DNA from: an uncultured Chloroflexia bacterium | GTDB lineage: Bacteria; Chloroflexota; Dehalococcoidia; DSTF01; JALHUB01 | NCBI GenBank assembly: GCA_963703345.1 | Contig: OY969814.1 | Location: 1,248,001-1,312,000, forward strand | Length of the DNA: 64,000 bases | Direction: 5' to 3' | In this document: positions 31,543-41,730 of the stretch, piece by piece | Numbering within the stretch: the first letter of the stretch is position 1 | Layout: each line of letters opens with the position of its first letter | Notes under the pieces: generated by a model | Told to the model about the DNA's origin: nothing | Database searches by the model: none | What the model saw: the letters and a program-made list of their open reading frames with translations, nothing else | Program-made: the position numbers and the translations under genes

Positions 31543-32511
31543 CTAGGGGATCAGCAGGACGCGCCCGAAGGCCTTCCGGCTCTCGATGTAGGCGTGCGCT
31601 GCCGCCGCCTCCGACAATGGATACGTACGGTCGATGACAACCCGAAGGGTGCCGGCGGCTACGTCCTCCAGGTGCCGTGCGACAATCCCCCTGGCATGCT
31701 CCGCGTTCAGCGCCATCTCAAGGCCGAACACCATGCCGGTCAACGAGCGGTTGCCCTGGGATAGGAAGGCCAGGTCGGGAGGTTCGTTGCTGCGGGCGGT
31801 CCGCCCTATGCTGATCGCGCGCCCTCTGTAGGCCAGGCTCTTGATGCTTCCCTCCAGCGTCTTGCCTCCCACCGAATCGACAACCAGGTCTACCCCCTTA
31901 CCGTCCGTGAGTTTCAGGCAGACTTCCACGAAGTCACTGGTCACGTAGTTGATCCCATGGTCCAACCCGAACTCTCTCAGCCGCTCCAGCTTCTCGTCGG
32001 TCGAGGCTGTCGCCAGGACGGTCGCGCCCGCCCGCTTTGCGAGTTGGATCGCGGCCAGGCCGACGCCGCCCGCACCCGCCTGGATGAGCACTGTCTCGCC
32101 CGCCCTGAGGTGACCGAACTCGAAGAGGCAATCATCGGCGGTACCGAAGGGGATGGGGACGCAGGCCGCCTGTTCGAGGTCGAGTCCTTCGGGGACCGGC
32201 CAGGTGGCTCGGACCGGCACGGACAGGATCGCGGCGTGCGAGCCGTAGGGCGCCGTCGCAACCACCCGCTGGCCGACCGACCGGTCGGTGACGTTCGCGC
32301 CGACCTCTCGGACGATGCCGGCGCACTGATAGCCGACGATGTGCGGCCGCGAGGCCATCACGCCGAGGGCGCGGTTGAGGATATCTCCGCCTTCGATGCT
32401 CACGGCCTTGACGTCGATCAGAATGCCGTTGGGATGACACTGAGGGTCGCGCACCTCCTCATACTTGAGGACGCTGGGAGGTCCGGTCTCGTAGTAGACT
32501 GCTGCCTTCAT
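31543..32511 (-). CDS. NADPH:quinone oxidoreductase (MDR / zinc-binding dehydrogenase family)
   Basis: AGAGGVG, GVDLVVDSVGG and AAAHAYIESRKAFGRVLL motifs. Confidence 0.9.
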   Translation of the reverse strand: MKAAVYYETGPPSVLKYEEVRDPQCHPNGILIDVKAVSIEGGDILNRALGVMASRPHIVGYQCAGIVREVGANVTDRSVGQRVVATAPYGSHAAILSVPVRATWPVPEGLDLEQAACVPIPFGTADDCLFEFGHLRAGETVLIQAGAGGVGLAAIQLAKRAGATVLATASTDEKLERLREFGLDHGINYVTSDFVEVCLKLTDGKGVDLVVDSVGGKTLEGSIKSLAYRGRAISIGRTARSNEPPDLAFLSQGNRSLTGMVFGLEMALNAEHARGIVARHLEDVAAGTLRVVIDRTYPLSEAAAAHAYIESRKAFGRVLLIP

Positions 32512-32763
32512 TCTGTCCTCACCTCCTTGCTTTCGCGGAACGGGATCCCGGCAGGGCGCGTCAAAACGGATTATTGCGCGGCCCCGCCGCCTGTGCAACG
32601 TCGCGATGGGAGTGCCGCCGCGGTCTGTGTTATCGTAGCCCTGACGCCCCTGGACACCGCGGCCGGCGCCGGGACCGGACTCGTTCTCGGGGCCGGGCGG
32701 CACGCCGCTCAGGTGTCTATCTGCAACTGGGGTCTCCATTCCGAGTCTCTCGGGAGGTGACAG

Positions 32764-33522
32764 ATGAGGCTAGAGGGCAAAGTAGCGATGGTGACCGGGG
32801 CAGGTTCAATAGGGCCCGGTATTGGAAACGGAAAGGCCACGGCGGTCCTGTTTGCCAGGGAAGGAGCCAAAGTAGCCTGCGTTGACCGAAATCTCGCCGC
32901 TGCCGAAGAGACGGCGGCCATCATCAAGAGCGCGGGCGGTGAGGCCACAGCAATACAGGCAGATGTCACCAAGGAATCGGACGCTCAGAGGCTGATCGAG
33001 GTGACGGTCTCTGGCTATGGCAAGCTGGACATACTATTCAACAATGTCGGTGGCGCTCGCGGGGGCACCAGCCTTTCGGTAACAGTCCAAGATTGGGATG
33101 CCACCTTCGATCTGAATCTCAAGAGCGTGCTGCTCGTCTGCAAATACGCTGTTCCTGAGATGATAAGGAATGGAGGCGGAACGATAGTAAACAATGCCTC
33201 CATGGCTGCCTATCAGTCCCACCCCTTGTATGCTTATTCGGCCTCCAAAGCCGGAGTCATCGCCTTGACCAGATGCCTTGCCGTTGGGCTAGCCGGGCAC
33301 AACATCAGGGTGAACTGCGTGGCGCCCGGCTTTATGGACACTCCCATGGTAGCGCCCATAATGGACGAGAAACGCATTCGCCTTGTCCAGGAGAGGGTGC
33401 CCCTCAGGCGACACGGGAAAGCTGAAGAGACTGCCTACACTGTGCTCTTTCTGGCGTCCCCTGAAGCTTCTTACATAACGGGACAGACCATCCCCGTCGA
33501 TGGTGGGCTCGCGGCACGGTGA
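32764..33522 (+). CDS. short-chain dehydrogenase/reductase
   Basis: TGAG...GIG, NNVG, YSASK and IRVNCVAPG motifs. Confidence 0.95.
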   Translation: MRLEGKVAMVTGAGSIGPGIGNGKATAVLFAREGAKVACVDRNLAAAEETAAIIKSAGGEATAIQADVTKESDAQRLIEVTVSGYGKLDILFNNVGGARGGTSLSVTVQDWDATFDLNLKSVLLVCKYAVPEMIRNGGGTIVNNASMAAYQSHPLYAYSASKAGVIALTRCLAVGLAGHNIRVNCVAPGFMDTPMVAPIMDEKRIRLVQERVPLRRHGKAEETAYTVLFLASPEASYITGQTIPVDGGLAAR

Positions 33523-33641
33523 GCCTGGGGAGGGCACGGGGCACGCCTTGGTCGGCGCAGGCGCAGACGATGGAGACTTAGTGTGCGGTCTTCCCGGAGG
33601 GATGATCACCGCACTTGACGCGCGAACGTATTCCCGGACAG

Positions 33642-33950
33642 CTAGGAGCTGTACTTCTTGCCGATGGCTTCCAATCCCGCCTTGCCGAGGTCTTCCGGAG
33701 TCATAGCAATCCGGAACTCCACTTTGGCGTTGAAGCTGAGGAAGAATGGCTCCGCAAGCGCCGGTATCCTCGATGGCTCTGGCACGTCAACGATCAGGAC
33801 CGCACCACGAAGGCCGTCCCGCTCGGTGAAGTAAACCGCCTCGGGTTTGATGTCCTCTAGCGCCTGCTGAATCTTCGCCCCGACGGTGCCGTTCTTTGTA
33901 AGGGTGTTGAACGGTTCCACCGGCATTTCGACGAGCATCACCATACGCAT
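33642..33950 (-). CDS. conserved small protein (DUF3303/GYD-like)
   Basis: IKPEAVYFTERDGLRG...IPALAEPFF...AMTPEDL; CAGGAGG RBS. Confidence 0.7.
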   Translation of the reverse strand: MRMVMLVEMPVEPFNTLTKNGTVGAKIQQALEDIKPEAVYFTERDGLRGAVLIVDVPEPSRIPALAEPFFLSFNAKVEFRIAMTPEDLGKAGLEAIGKKYSS

Positions 33951-34123
33951 TATTGCATCCTCCTGTCCTGGAGTCCGACTAGCCAACCCCTCAACTCTAG
34001 GGGTCGGATGTGGGGGGCACGTGAATGACAATGGCCAGGCAGTGAAGGAAGCATGCAGAATGGGGAACGAGTCGGCGATGGACTCTGGGAATCGGCCAGT
34101 TGGCGTTGCCGGTGCCTCGGTGC

Positions 34124-35674
34124 CTAGTACCGGCCTATTTCTTCTTCTGTCACGTCGAGCTTTGCGCCCGGAGTCCGCTCGAAGAAGATCCGCAAGTTCT
34201 GAATGAATCGGTAAGGCTCGATGACCTCCGGCGCAAGGTCTTTGACGGTAACACGCGCGCCCTGCTTTCGGAGCGCGTCCTGCAGCAGCTTCACGTCGAG
34301 CTTCTTTGCGCTGACGTTGTTCTTGGCCGCCAGCGCGGCGGCCGTGCCTGCCGCCTGGCCCGCGCAGATGCTGGGAGTGCAGTACCTTAGCCCCGCCACG
34401 GCAAAGGCGCCGCTCGATATCGTCGTGCCGGCGGCGAGCAAGTTGTCGATCTCCTTCGACACGAGGGAACGATAAGGGATGTCATGCGGCAGAATCTCAT
34501 AGCCGAACCTGCCGACCGCTTCGTAGACGTCGGGCGGCATGTTGTTGATGGCTACCGAGTCATCGAAGGCCTTGCCCTCCCGCATCTCGCTCACAGTCAT
34601 CACGTGTTCGCCGACCATCCTGTGTCCGGGGAACGTGGCGAGTTGTGGCGTTTTTTCGATATAGGAGTTCTCGAACCCCGGGACCTTCTCCTTGAGCAAT
34701 CGATGGATTGCCCATGCCTGCTTCCGCAGGTCTATCTCACAGTCGGTCATCTCTTCGGTCATCCAGCCGTTGCGGCCTTCGGGTATGACGTGGACAGGAT
34801 TCATGACGTACACTCTGCCTGTGCCGCGGTGGTCCCATTCGGTCGCGAGGATGACGGCGCCGCTCTTGATGTGGGCGCCGTTTTGCTGCGCCTCTTTGAT
34901 GATCTTCCTGCCGACGTACATTGGACCCCATTCGGCTTGGTTGGCGGCCCTGAACTGCCTGTATTTGGCCAGGTCTACCCCGGCGAGGTAGAAGGCGTGC
35001 AGCATTCCGCCGGGGCGCCCCTTTCTCGGGCCAACGGGGAAGCCTTCGTCGCCCAGGACGGGCGCTCCTGATTTCCAGGCGATGTCGCCCTGGCCGGTGG
35101 TGTCGATGACAACACCCCCCAGGATCGCTCGTCGTCCCTCCTTAGTTTCGATTATGACGCCCTTGAGCGAATTGCCCTCGCGGATTGCGGCGGCAGCGAA
35201 GGTGTGGTAGAGGAGCTTGACGCCGGCTTCCCGCATCATCTCGTCGAGGAGATATTTGTAGTACTCTCCGTCGAATGAGAGGCCCCAGCGCCCCCAATAG
35301 CCGACGCTTGTCTCAGCCAGCCGTTTCGGCAATTTGTCCGGGCTGAGGCCCCTCGTGAAAGGGGCCTTTCGGATAAGAGTCTCAGCCGCCGACATGTCGT
35401 CCGGCTTCTGCATCGCGCCGGCGTCGGAAAGGCGCCCGAGGATCTCCTGGATGATCCCGCCGTGCAGCTCCGGATCGACGAAACTGAAGATGGAGTTGTT
35501 GCCCTGAGTCTGCAGCCCGCCCAGGCTGCCGAACCGGTCTATCAGAACGGTGTCGGCTCCGGTCCGACCGGACGCTAGGGCAGCGCCTATTCCAGCCGGG
35601 CCGCCACCGACGACTATGACCTCCGCTTCCCGCAGCACCTCAGTATCCCGCTGCGGCTCAACGATTGTCTTCAT
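34124..35674 (-). CDS. FAD-dependent oxidoreductase
   Basis: VVGGGPAG, IDTTGQGD, IPYRSLV and GQAAGTAA motifs. Confidence 0.9.
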   Translation of the reverse strand: MKTIVEPQRDTEVLREAEVIVVGGGPAGIGAALASGRTGADTVLIDRFGSLGGLQTQGNNSIFSFVDPELHGGIIQEILGRLSDAGAMQKPDDMSAAETLIRKAPFTRGLSPDKLPKRLAETSVGYWGRWGLSFDGEYYKYLLDEMMREAGVKLLYHTFAAAAIREGNSLKGVIIETKEGRRAILGGVVIDTTGQGDIAWKSGAPVLGDEGFPVGPRKGRPGGMLHAFYLAGVDLAKYRQFRAANQAEWGPMYVGRKIIKEAQQNGAHIKSGAVILATEWDHRGTGRVYVMNPVHVIPEGRNGWMTEEMTDCEIDLRKQAWAIHRLLKEKVPGFENSYIEKTPQLATFPGHRMVGEHVMTVSEMREGKAFDDSVAINNMPPDVYEAVGRFGYEILPHDIPYRSLVSKEIDNLLAAGTTISSGAFAVAGLRYCTPSICAGQAAGTAAALAAKNNVSAKKLDVKLLQDALRKQGARVTVKDLAPEVIEPYRFIQNLRIFFERTPGAKLDVTEEEIGRY

Positions 35675-35687
35675 GAGAATTGTCTCT

Positions 35688-37037
35688 CTAGTTCCCCATC
35701 TCGCCCCCAAGGGGCGGACCCGGCTGATCCGTCGCGTCCGGCGGTGGCGTCGGCACGGTGCAGTCTTTGGTTGACTCGAAGCCCACCGGCTCTCCGAAAG
35801 GCTGCCAGCGGAATGTGGGAGTGGCGGTTGAACGATCGACAGTCGCTTTAACGAAGATTTCGGCTTCGAGGAAGCGGTGGTCCGTCGGACTCGTAGTCGA
35901 GGGCAGCAACGATAGGTCGGTGCCGTATTTGCAGACCGACTCGGCAGCCGCAATCAGCGACTGGCGGGTCAGGTTCTTGCCCACCTGCTTAATGAGGCCC
36001 AGCATGCTCTCACCCAGCTCGTAGCCCACCAACGTGCTGTTGTCGAATGGGAGGTCAGGCGCGACCTGCGCCATGATCGCTTTCCTGCTGGCGATCCCGG
36101 GTATGTCGGTCTCCCACGCCTGACGGCCGACGACTGTACTTATCACGCCCTCTATGTTGTCGTAGCCGGCGAGTTGCGCTGTGATGTCCAGGGCGTTGGC
36201 TTCGTTGATGACCATGGGGACGTTCCAGCTCAGAGTCTGACGGGCGGTTTTCATCATATTCGCGGCCTGGACCGGCGAGCCCCAGAACATGATCACTTCA
36301 ACGCCGTCCGCCTTCAGACGCTCCACCTGGGCAGTGACATCCGACTGCGACGCGTCGTAGAACTCGGTGGTGACATCCATATTGGCGCCCAAGTCTTTGA
36401 GCCCCTGCCTCGTGCCCTGTTCACCCTCTTTTCCGTAGTCGTCGTTCTGGGCGAGAATGCCCAACTTCTTCCCATCGTAGTTCTTGAATAGATACGTGGC
36501 GAATATTTGACCCTCTGTCGTGTAGTTGACCATCGTCGTGAAACGGTTCTTGCCGATGGGGACGGTCAACTCGCGGACACCGCTCAGCGCGAACATGTCA
36601 GGGACACCCCGCTCTTCGAGGTACTTGTAGACAGCGGCTTCGGGCTCGGTGCCGAGATTGGCGAGAAGGGCGAAGACGCCATCCTGCTCCACGAGCGTGC
36701 GGACCACCTCGGTGGCGACGGGTCCTGAGTACTGGCTGTCACCGACGATGAGGGTGATCTTGCGGCCGTAGAGACCGCCCTGAGAATTGATATAGTCGAA
36801 GTAGGCCTGCATGCCTTTGCTTATTTCAATCCCCCAGGCGGCCGTTGGGCTGCCGCTGAGCGGCATGAGAGTGCCGATCCGTATCTCGGTGTCAGTGACG
36901 CCGGTCGTGTCACCGGCTGTCGTGTTCGAGCCGCCGCCGCTCTGATCCTTCGTCGAACTGCAGGACAACATTAAGACAGAGCAAAAGACGAGTGCTGCAG
37001 CAAGAGGGAACGTTATTCGCCCGAGTTGTGTTTTCAC
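35688..37037 (-). CDS. ABC transporter substrate-binding lipoprotein (LivJ-like), paralog of 3500-4780
   Basis: GVTDTEIRIG, NSQGGLYGRKI, LVEQDGVFA and QNDDYG motifs; AAAGGAGG RBS. Confidence 0.85.
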   Translation of the reverse strand: MKTQLGRITFPLAAALVFCSVLMLSCSSTKDQSGGGSNTTAGDTTGVTDTEIRIGTLMPLSGSPTAAWGIEISKGMQAYFDYINSQGGLYGRKITLIVGDSQYSGPVATEVVRTLVEQDGVFALLANLGTEPEAAVYKYLEERGVPDMFALSGVRELTVPIGKNRFTTMVNYTTEGQIFATYLFKNYDGKKLGILAQNDDYGKEGEQGTRQGLKDLGANMDVTTEFYDASQSDVTAQVERLKADGVEVIMFWGSPVQAANMMKTARQTLSWNVPMVINEANALDITAQLAGYDNIEGVISTVVGRQAWETDIPGIASRKAIMAQVAPDLPFDNSTLVGYELGESMLGLIKQVGKNLTRQSLIAAAESVCKYGTDLSLLPSTTSPTDHRFLEAEIFVKATVDRSTATPTFRWQPFGEPVGFESTKDCTVPTPPPDATDQPGPPLGGEMGN

Positions 37038-37208
37038 CACATCCTCCTTTCGGAGGTTAGACCGGATTGAAGTGGCCAGCAAGAACTTGAAATCCTGTGG
37101 CAACACTGCTCCAGCGCCGTCGGCCCGTGCCCCCAGTGAACCAGGGAGACGAACCAGATTGTAGCGCCTCCCGCGACGCTTGACAAGCGTCTGGAGGTAA
37201 AGTCGTAC

Positions 37209-37237
37209 TTGACAAAACCCCCTGAGAGTGCTACAAC
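37209..37237 (+). promoter_or_regulatory. sigma70-type promoter for the large surface protein gene
   Basis: TTGACA-N17-TACAAC with extended TG. Confidence 0.55.
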
Positions 37238-37560
37238 AGCGACGACTGGTGGCCTTTCCCCGCTCAAAGACCTGAGCAAATAGCTGGCACTGATTGCCGA
37301 AGAACCAGCGAGGAGCGCCATGCGTCTCTGTTTACGTTCGTCTTCGGTCTGCGAATGGTGCCACGAAGGATTCTCCTCGTCACCAGTCCCCTTCGTCGGC
37401 CCGGCAGATCCCCCACCAGCGAGCTAAAGAACCAGCGTTAGCGCACAGCTCGGATTGCATGGCTAGAAAGGAGGACTGCATAGAAGGGGAGCAGGACAAT
37501 ACTGGCCATGACCCCGTGGAGGGTCAGACTGGCGTTGTTTTTTCTGGCAGGAGGAATCTG

Positions 37561-40500
37561 ATGATAAAGAAAGTCTTTTTCGTAATTGCCATCGGGCTGG
37601 TAGCGGTGGTGGCAGCCCTCGGCCTGGGTCCCCTGGGCCGCGGCGCTACCCCGAGCCGCGCCCTCATCGGCATACCGATCCAGCCGTTCGCCCCAGACTA
37701 CTCTTTCAGTGGACTCTCCAACTCTCAACTGGGAGACACGAACACAGGGGGGACCCTCATATCGAACCTGGTCGAGACGAAGATTCCCCGCGGTCAGCGC
37801 ATCGCCGGACCGCTGTTCTTCTCTGACGCAGCTTACGCTGTGCCCCCGACCATGGACCGCACAGTGGGGGCGCCCGTGGGCGACATCATCGCCACGCTCG
37901 ATGCCCTGTGCGACTCTCCGGCGGATGGCGTGTCCAACGACATAATGGCCAACACGAGCCTCACCGACCCCTGGCCGTGGACGGCAACCACAACGGTAGT
38001 GCAGGGGACGCCAGACGCCTTCCTCATCCCCGTGGTGCCGCCTTATCCCTGGCTTTTCCGTGATACCTCCGACGTTACGCGGTTCTGGATCGCGGGCGCA
38101 CCGGTTACCGTGAAGGTCGTGCTGAACAGCGTTTGGACCACGGTTCCCTGGTCGGTCAACGGCGGCGCCGATATCGTAGCGACGAGGAACGGCGGCGACG
38201 CCCGCGCCTGGTCGGCCGCCACTGACGGCCTCTGCATCGATACGCCGCAGGACAGCACGTCGCACACCACCACGAACTATGCGCCGCCCAAGTTGGGCGA
38301 CACGGGCGGGCCTTGCAGCGGTGGAAACTGCGCCGACGCTGCCGTCTACGGTCCGACCGCCAACTACATTCAGAAAGGCGCCGGAGCCGTCCCCGTGACG
38401 TCCACCTACGTCAACAGGGGACCCAACGCCGGCAACTTCACCGCCCACTGGGAGATTGAAGTGACCAACCCCAGCGTAGCCGACGCCAACTGGGATGCTG
38501 GCGGGAAGACCCTGGACGTTGATGCAGGCAACGTCGGCGGCCTGGGGATTATCCTTGACTACAGGAGCATTGCCGTCACCTGCCCCGGTACCGGTGAAGG
38601 TCTGGTAGTCGTCAAGAACGTCCTCTGGCCGGTTTCTCCGACTCAGGACTACTACCCGGCCGACAACGCCAACGTTGCCGTGATCAAGGTGGTGTGCGGC
38701 ACGGACGCATCTCCTCTCGTAGACATGTCCGTCACCCTGCTCAAGGCGACTCACGTCACCCCGACGAGCACCAAGCCTGAGCAGGTTACCCTTGCTGCTG
38801 GCGCGTCGGCGACGGTCACGATTCGCGACGTAACCACCAACAACGACATAGCCGCCCAGAACGCGACGCAGTGGCTGGTCGCCGAGAAGGCGTCAACCAG
38901 CCCTCTGACTCTGAGTTGGGGTTCAGCAACGCTGCCTAACGGCGGAACCCAGACCGGCGTTGGAACCGCCGCGACCAAGATCGCCGGCGTCAGCGAGCCA
39001 CCAGGCCAGAGCGACATCAAGGATGACCTTACAATCGGTTGTCCCGCCAGCCCGTCCACTACAGGCCGCTTCTCCGTCGTTGTGAAGGGGATCGTTGCTC
39101 CCGCGGGAGAGTCGAAGCCGCAGGACAACGCCCAGCGCCTGGTGATCATGGTCAACTGCGCGTTGACTGTGACTGCTGATGGTAAGGACGATGGCGAGGG
39201 TATCTACCCCCGCTGGGAGATCGTCTTCAGCAACCCGGACTCGCGTCAGAGCTTTGCCAGCCCGCCCAGCTTCCCATCGGACACAGGTCCCGACACCAAG
39301 CTGCAGCAGCCCATCGGCGGCTACATCGAGCGCTTCATGCAGTTCGGCTGCTACTGGCACGATGAGTTCGGCACCTGCTACACCGATGCCGCGGGGACCG
39401 TTCCCTGTGACGGCTCCGTTTCCGGCCACCCGGCCGACGGCTACATCGATCAACTTGAGAGCCAGCAGGACTATCATCTGCAGCAATTGGGCGGCATAGC
39501 CACTGTCGACCCCGATGGTGACTGCCTCGAGCTCTCCACCTTTGCCCAGCCCGGGCACCCCGTTGACCTGCCGGATATTGCCGGCACGTGCGACCCGGTG
39601 CCCTGGTCGATGGCAGGGGGGCCCATCCAGGTGACCTACACTAAGGCCGCCGACCACGACTGCGACGGTCTGCCGGATGGAGTCGAAGCCTCCTGGGGCT
39701 CCAACCCCATGGTCGCCGACACCGACAACGACGGCGCCAACGACTACGTCGAGATGTTCGACAACACCAACCCGATCAACACGGATACCGACGCAGACGG
39801 GTTCCTGGACAGGCCGTCCGCCGCCTTCGGCGACAACACGGACAAGTCCCAGGACAACTGCCCGACGGTCTCGAACGCCGACGGACCAAGTGGCAACAGC
39901 CAGTTGAACACCGACGGCAAGCACCGCTCCGTTGGAGCCTCGATCCCGGCGGGCAAGGCGAGCAACCCGAACAAGGACAAGATGGGCGACGCCTGCGACC
40001 AGGACAACGACAACGACGGGCTTCCCGACGCTGTTGAGGGTGTCATGGGCACTGCGCCTAAGAACTTCGCGCCGGACGGCGTAACGCCCTCCTACGACAC
40101 CGACGGTGACCACTGCGTCGATGGGTCAGAGGTCTTGACGGGCAGCGACCCAACGTTAGCAACGTCCAAATGCCCCACCGGTGTCTACTTTACGCTGGCG
40201 ATGGCGAAGTTCTTCCGCGCCTGTCGCTGGAACCTGCCGATCCTGAGCACCGACACCGGAGGAGAGGCCAAGTTCCAGCAGTGGGACGCCAAGTACAGCG
40301 GCAACACCGACCGGGCCGAGCTTGACCCGGACCACGACGGTGTTAACTGCCAGACCACAGACAACAAGATAGGCGACAAGGACAACGACAGCGGGCCGGC
40401 CACGTACGCCGACGTGCCCGACATCGTTGAGATCGAAGGCTACAACACCAACCCGGCGAACAAGGACACGGACGGCGACACCTGCGAAGACTTCGTCCAG

Positions 40501-40734
40501 ATAAACGACCTAAACGGGAGCGGTGCGGTTGACACGACCGACCTGCTGATCGTTGCGACGTACATCAACAAGGTCCCGCCGGCGGTTGACGCTACCTCCT
40601 TCGAGGTGATCGACGTCAACAAGGACCTGAAGATCAACTCCAGCGACCTCCTGCAAGTCGCATCCAACACCTGTGCTGCCAAGGCCAGCGCCGGTAACTG
40701 TGGTAAGACGGCCTGCAAGAACGCCGTGTACTAG
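37561..40734 (+). CDS. large secreted/surface protein with thrombospondin type-3-like Ca-binding repeats and a dockerin-like C-terminus
   Basis: Signal peptide MIKKVFFVIAIGL; many DxDxDG motifs, DNCP, GDACD; paired DLNGSGAVDTTDL / DVNKDLKINSSDL; CAGGAGG RBS. Confidence 0.8.
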   Translation: MIKKVFFVIAIGLVAVVAALGLGPLGRGATPSRALIGIPIQPFAPDYSFSGLSNSQLGDTNTGGTLISNLVETKIPRGQRIAGPLFFSDAAYAVPPTMDRTVGAPVGDIIATLDALCDSPADGVSNDIMANTSLTDPWPWTATTTVVQGTPDAFLIPVVPPYPWLFRDTSDVTRFWIAGAPVTVKVVLNSVWTTVPWSVNGGADIVATRNGGDARAWSAATDGLCIDTPQDSTSHTTTNYAPPKLGDTGGPCSGGNCADAAVYGPTANYIQKGAGAVPVTSTYVNRGPNAGNFTAHWEIEVTNPSVADANWDAGGKTLDVDAGNVGGLGIILDYRSIAVTCPGTGEGLVVVKNVLWPVSPTQDYYPADNANVAVIKVVCGTDASPLVDMSVTLLKATHVTPTSTKPEQVTLAAGASATVTIRDVTTNNDIAAQNATQWLVAEKASTSPLTLSWGSATLPNGGTQTGVGTAATKIAGVSEPPGQSDIKDDLTIGCPASPSTTGRFSVVVKGIVAPAGESKPQDNAQRLVIMVNCALTVTADGKDDGEGIYPRWEIVFSNPDSRQSFASPPSFPSDTGPDTKLQQPIGGYIERFMQFGCYWHDEFGTCYTDAAGTVPCDGSVSGHPADGYIDQLESQQDYHLQQLGGIATVDPDGDCLELSTFAQPGHPVDLPDIAGTCDPVPWSMAGGPIQVTYTKAADHDCDGLPDGVEASWGSNPMVADTDNDGANDYVEMFDNTNPINTDTDADGFLDRPSAAFGDNTDKSQDNCPTVSNADGPSGNSQLNTDGKHRSVGASIPAGKASNPNKDKMGDACDQDNDNDGLPDAVEGVMGTAPKNFAPDGVTPSYDTDGDHCVDGSEVLTGSDPTLATSKCPTGVYFTLAMAKFFRACRWNLPILSTDTGGEAKFQQWDAKYSGNTDRAELDPDHDGVNCQTTDNKIGDKDNDSGPATYADVPDIVEIEGYNTNPANKDTDGDTCEDFVQINDLNGSGAVDTTDLLIVATYINKVPPAVDATSFEVIDVNKDLKINSSDLLQVASNTCAAKASAGNCGKTACKNAVY

Positions 40735-40788
40735 GTTCGGGGAAGTCGTTTCCCGAACGGAACAATAGAAAAACAGAATAGGCAATAA

Positions 40789-40830
40789 GTACCGTCCGGG
40801 CCGGCGCCCGAAGAACGGCCCGGACGGTAC
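40789..40830. terminator. 15-bp perfect inverted repeat hairpin downstream of the surface protein gene
   Basis: gtaccgtccgggccg ... cggcccggacggtac. Confidence 0.6.
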
Positions 40831-40884
40831 GAACGCCGGTGGCAGTCGTCAGGCGCGCCTTACGAACGGTCCCGCCAACGACGT

Positions 40885-40995
40885 GTTGTCCGCCTGGTCG
40901 CCCCACGGTCGAGGATCGCGTTCGACAGAGACGGGGAACGAGATCTGCGCGACGAACGCCGATGGCACCCGCCGGGCGCAGCTGACCAACAGTGG
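40885..40995 (+). pseudogene. TolB/PD40-repeat gene remnant
   Basis: Across frameshifts reads SAWSPHG / RIAFDRDG / NEICATNADGTRRAQLTN. Confidence 0.55.
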
Positions 40996-41279
40996 CGCTT
41001 GTGCGTGGCATCGCAGAGCGTCCGGATGGGGCCGGCGCCTCGCTGAGGAGGTCAACGCGGCGGCGGGACCCGGCCGGGAATGCGCGACTCTGGCCGCGGC
41101 GTGGCCGCGGTGGTAATGGCTGTGGGCGCTGGCGTCTGGTGTGCCGGGAGGCGCTCGCTGAGGTAGGCTAACGACGCACTTGGCGCGCCGTCGCATTGAG
41201 TAAGCTGAACGGAATCCCGCAGGCTGATCGGCTAAGCGGCCGGTGGTCCAGGGATAGGCGCGAAGAGCGGGGTCCAGCC

Positions 41280-41525
41280 CGGGAGCGTCGTTGCCCAGCG
41301 CTGCTCGCTCTCGCGCAACGCTATCTCCGCTCGCTTGCGCTCGAGCGCCTCAACGGTAGCTGTCGCAAGCGCTACCGCTGTTTCCTGCTCCTCCTCGGAA
41401 TAGCCGCCTTCTCGGTTGGCAAGGCCAACCATGCCGATCACCCTGGCGGCGCTGATCATCGGTACGCCGAGGAACGCCGTCAGGGCCGGATGGCCCTCCG
41501 GCGTCCCGATTCGGTCCGGCCGCCG
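41280..41525 (-). pseudogene. GAF/PAS sensor kinase fragment
   Basis: RIGTPEGHPALTAFLGVPMISAARVIGMVGLANREGGY...RKRAEIALRESEQRW with no 5' part. Confidence 0.65.
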
Positions 41526-41539
41526 GCTCGGTGCCTACT

Positions 41540-41623
41540 TCATCGAACTGTGACACTCACCACGCCCAGGAGGACGAGGACGATGAATCCAATGATAAGG
41601 ACGAGCCAGATATTGTTGCCCAT
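41540..41623 (-). CDS. 27-aa single-TM micropeptide, copy 1
   Basis: MGNNIWLVLIIGFIVLVLLGVVSVTVR, within a ~160-bp repeat (41527-41688). Confidence 0.55.
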   Translation of the reverse strand: MGNNIWLVLIIGFIVLVLLGVVSVTVR

Positions 41624-41730
41624 TTAGTCACCGCCACTTGATCTTTCGTGTATACATCGACTCCAAGCTTCACCTGCGCGCTGGCGCTAAGCGTAAGCGC
41701 GCAGATGACACTACGTGCCGGGGTGAAAAG

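Noticed and set aside
37294-37560. N-terminal extension of the 1146-aa ORF
   Set aside because: The RBS and signal peptide point to ATG 37561; the upstream part is better explained as 5' UTR.
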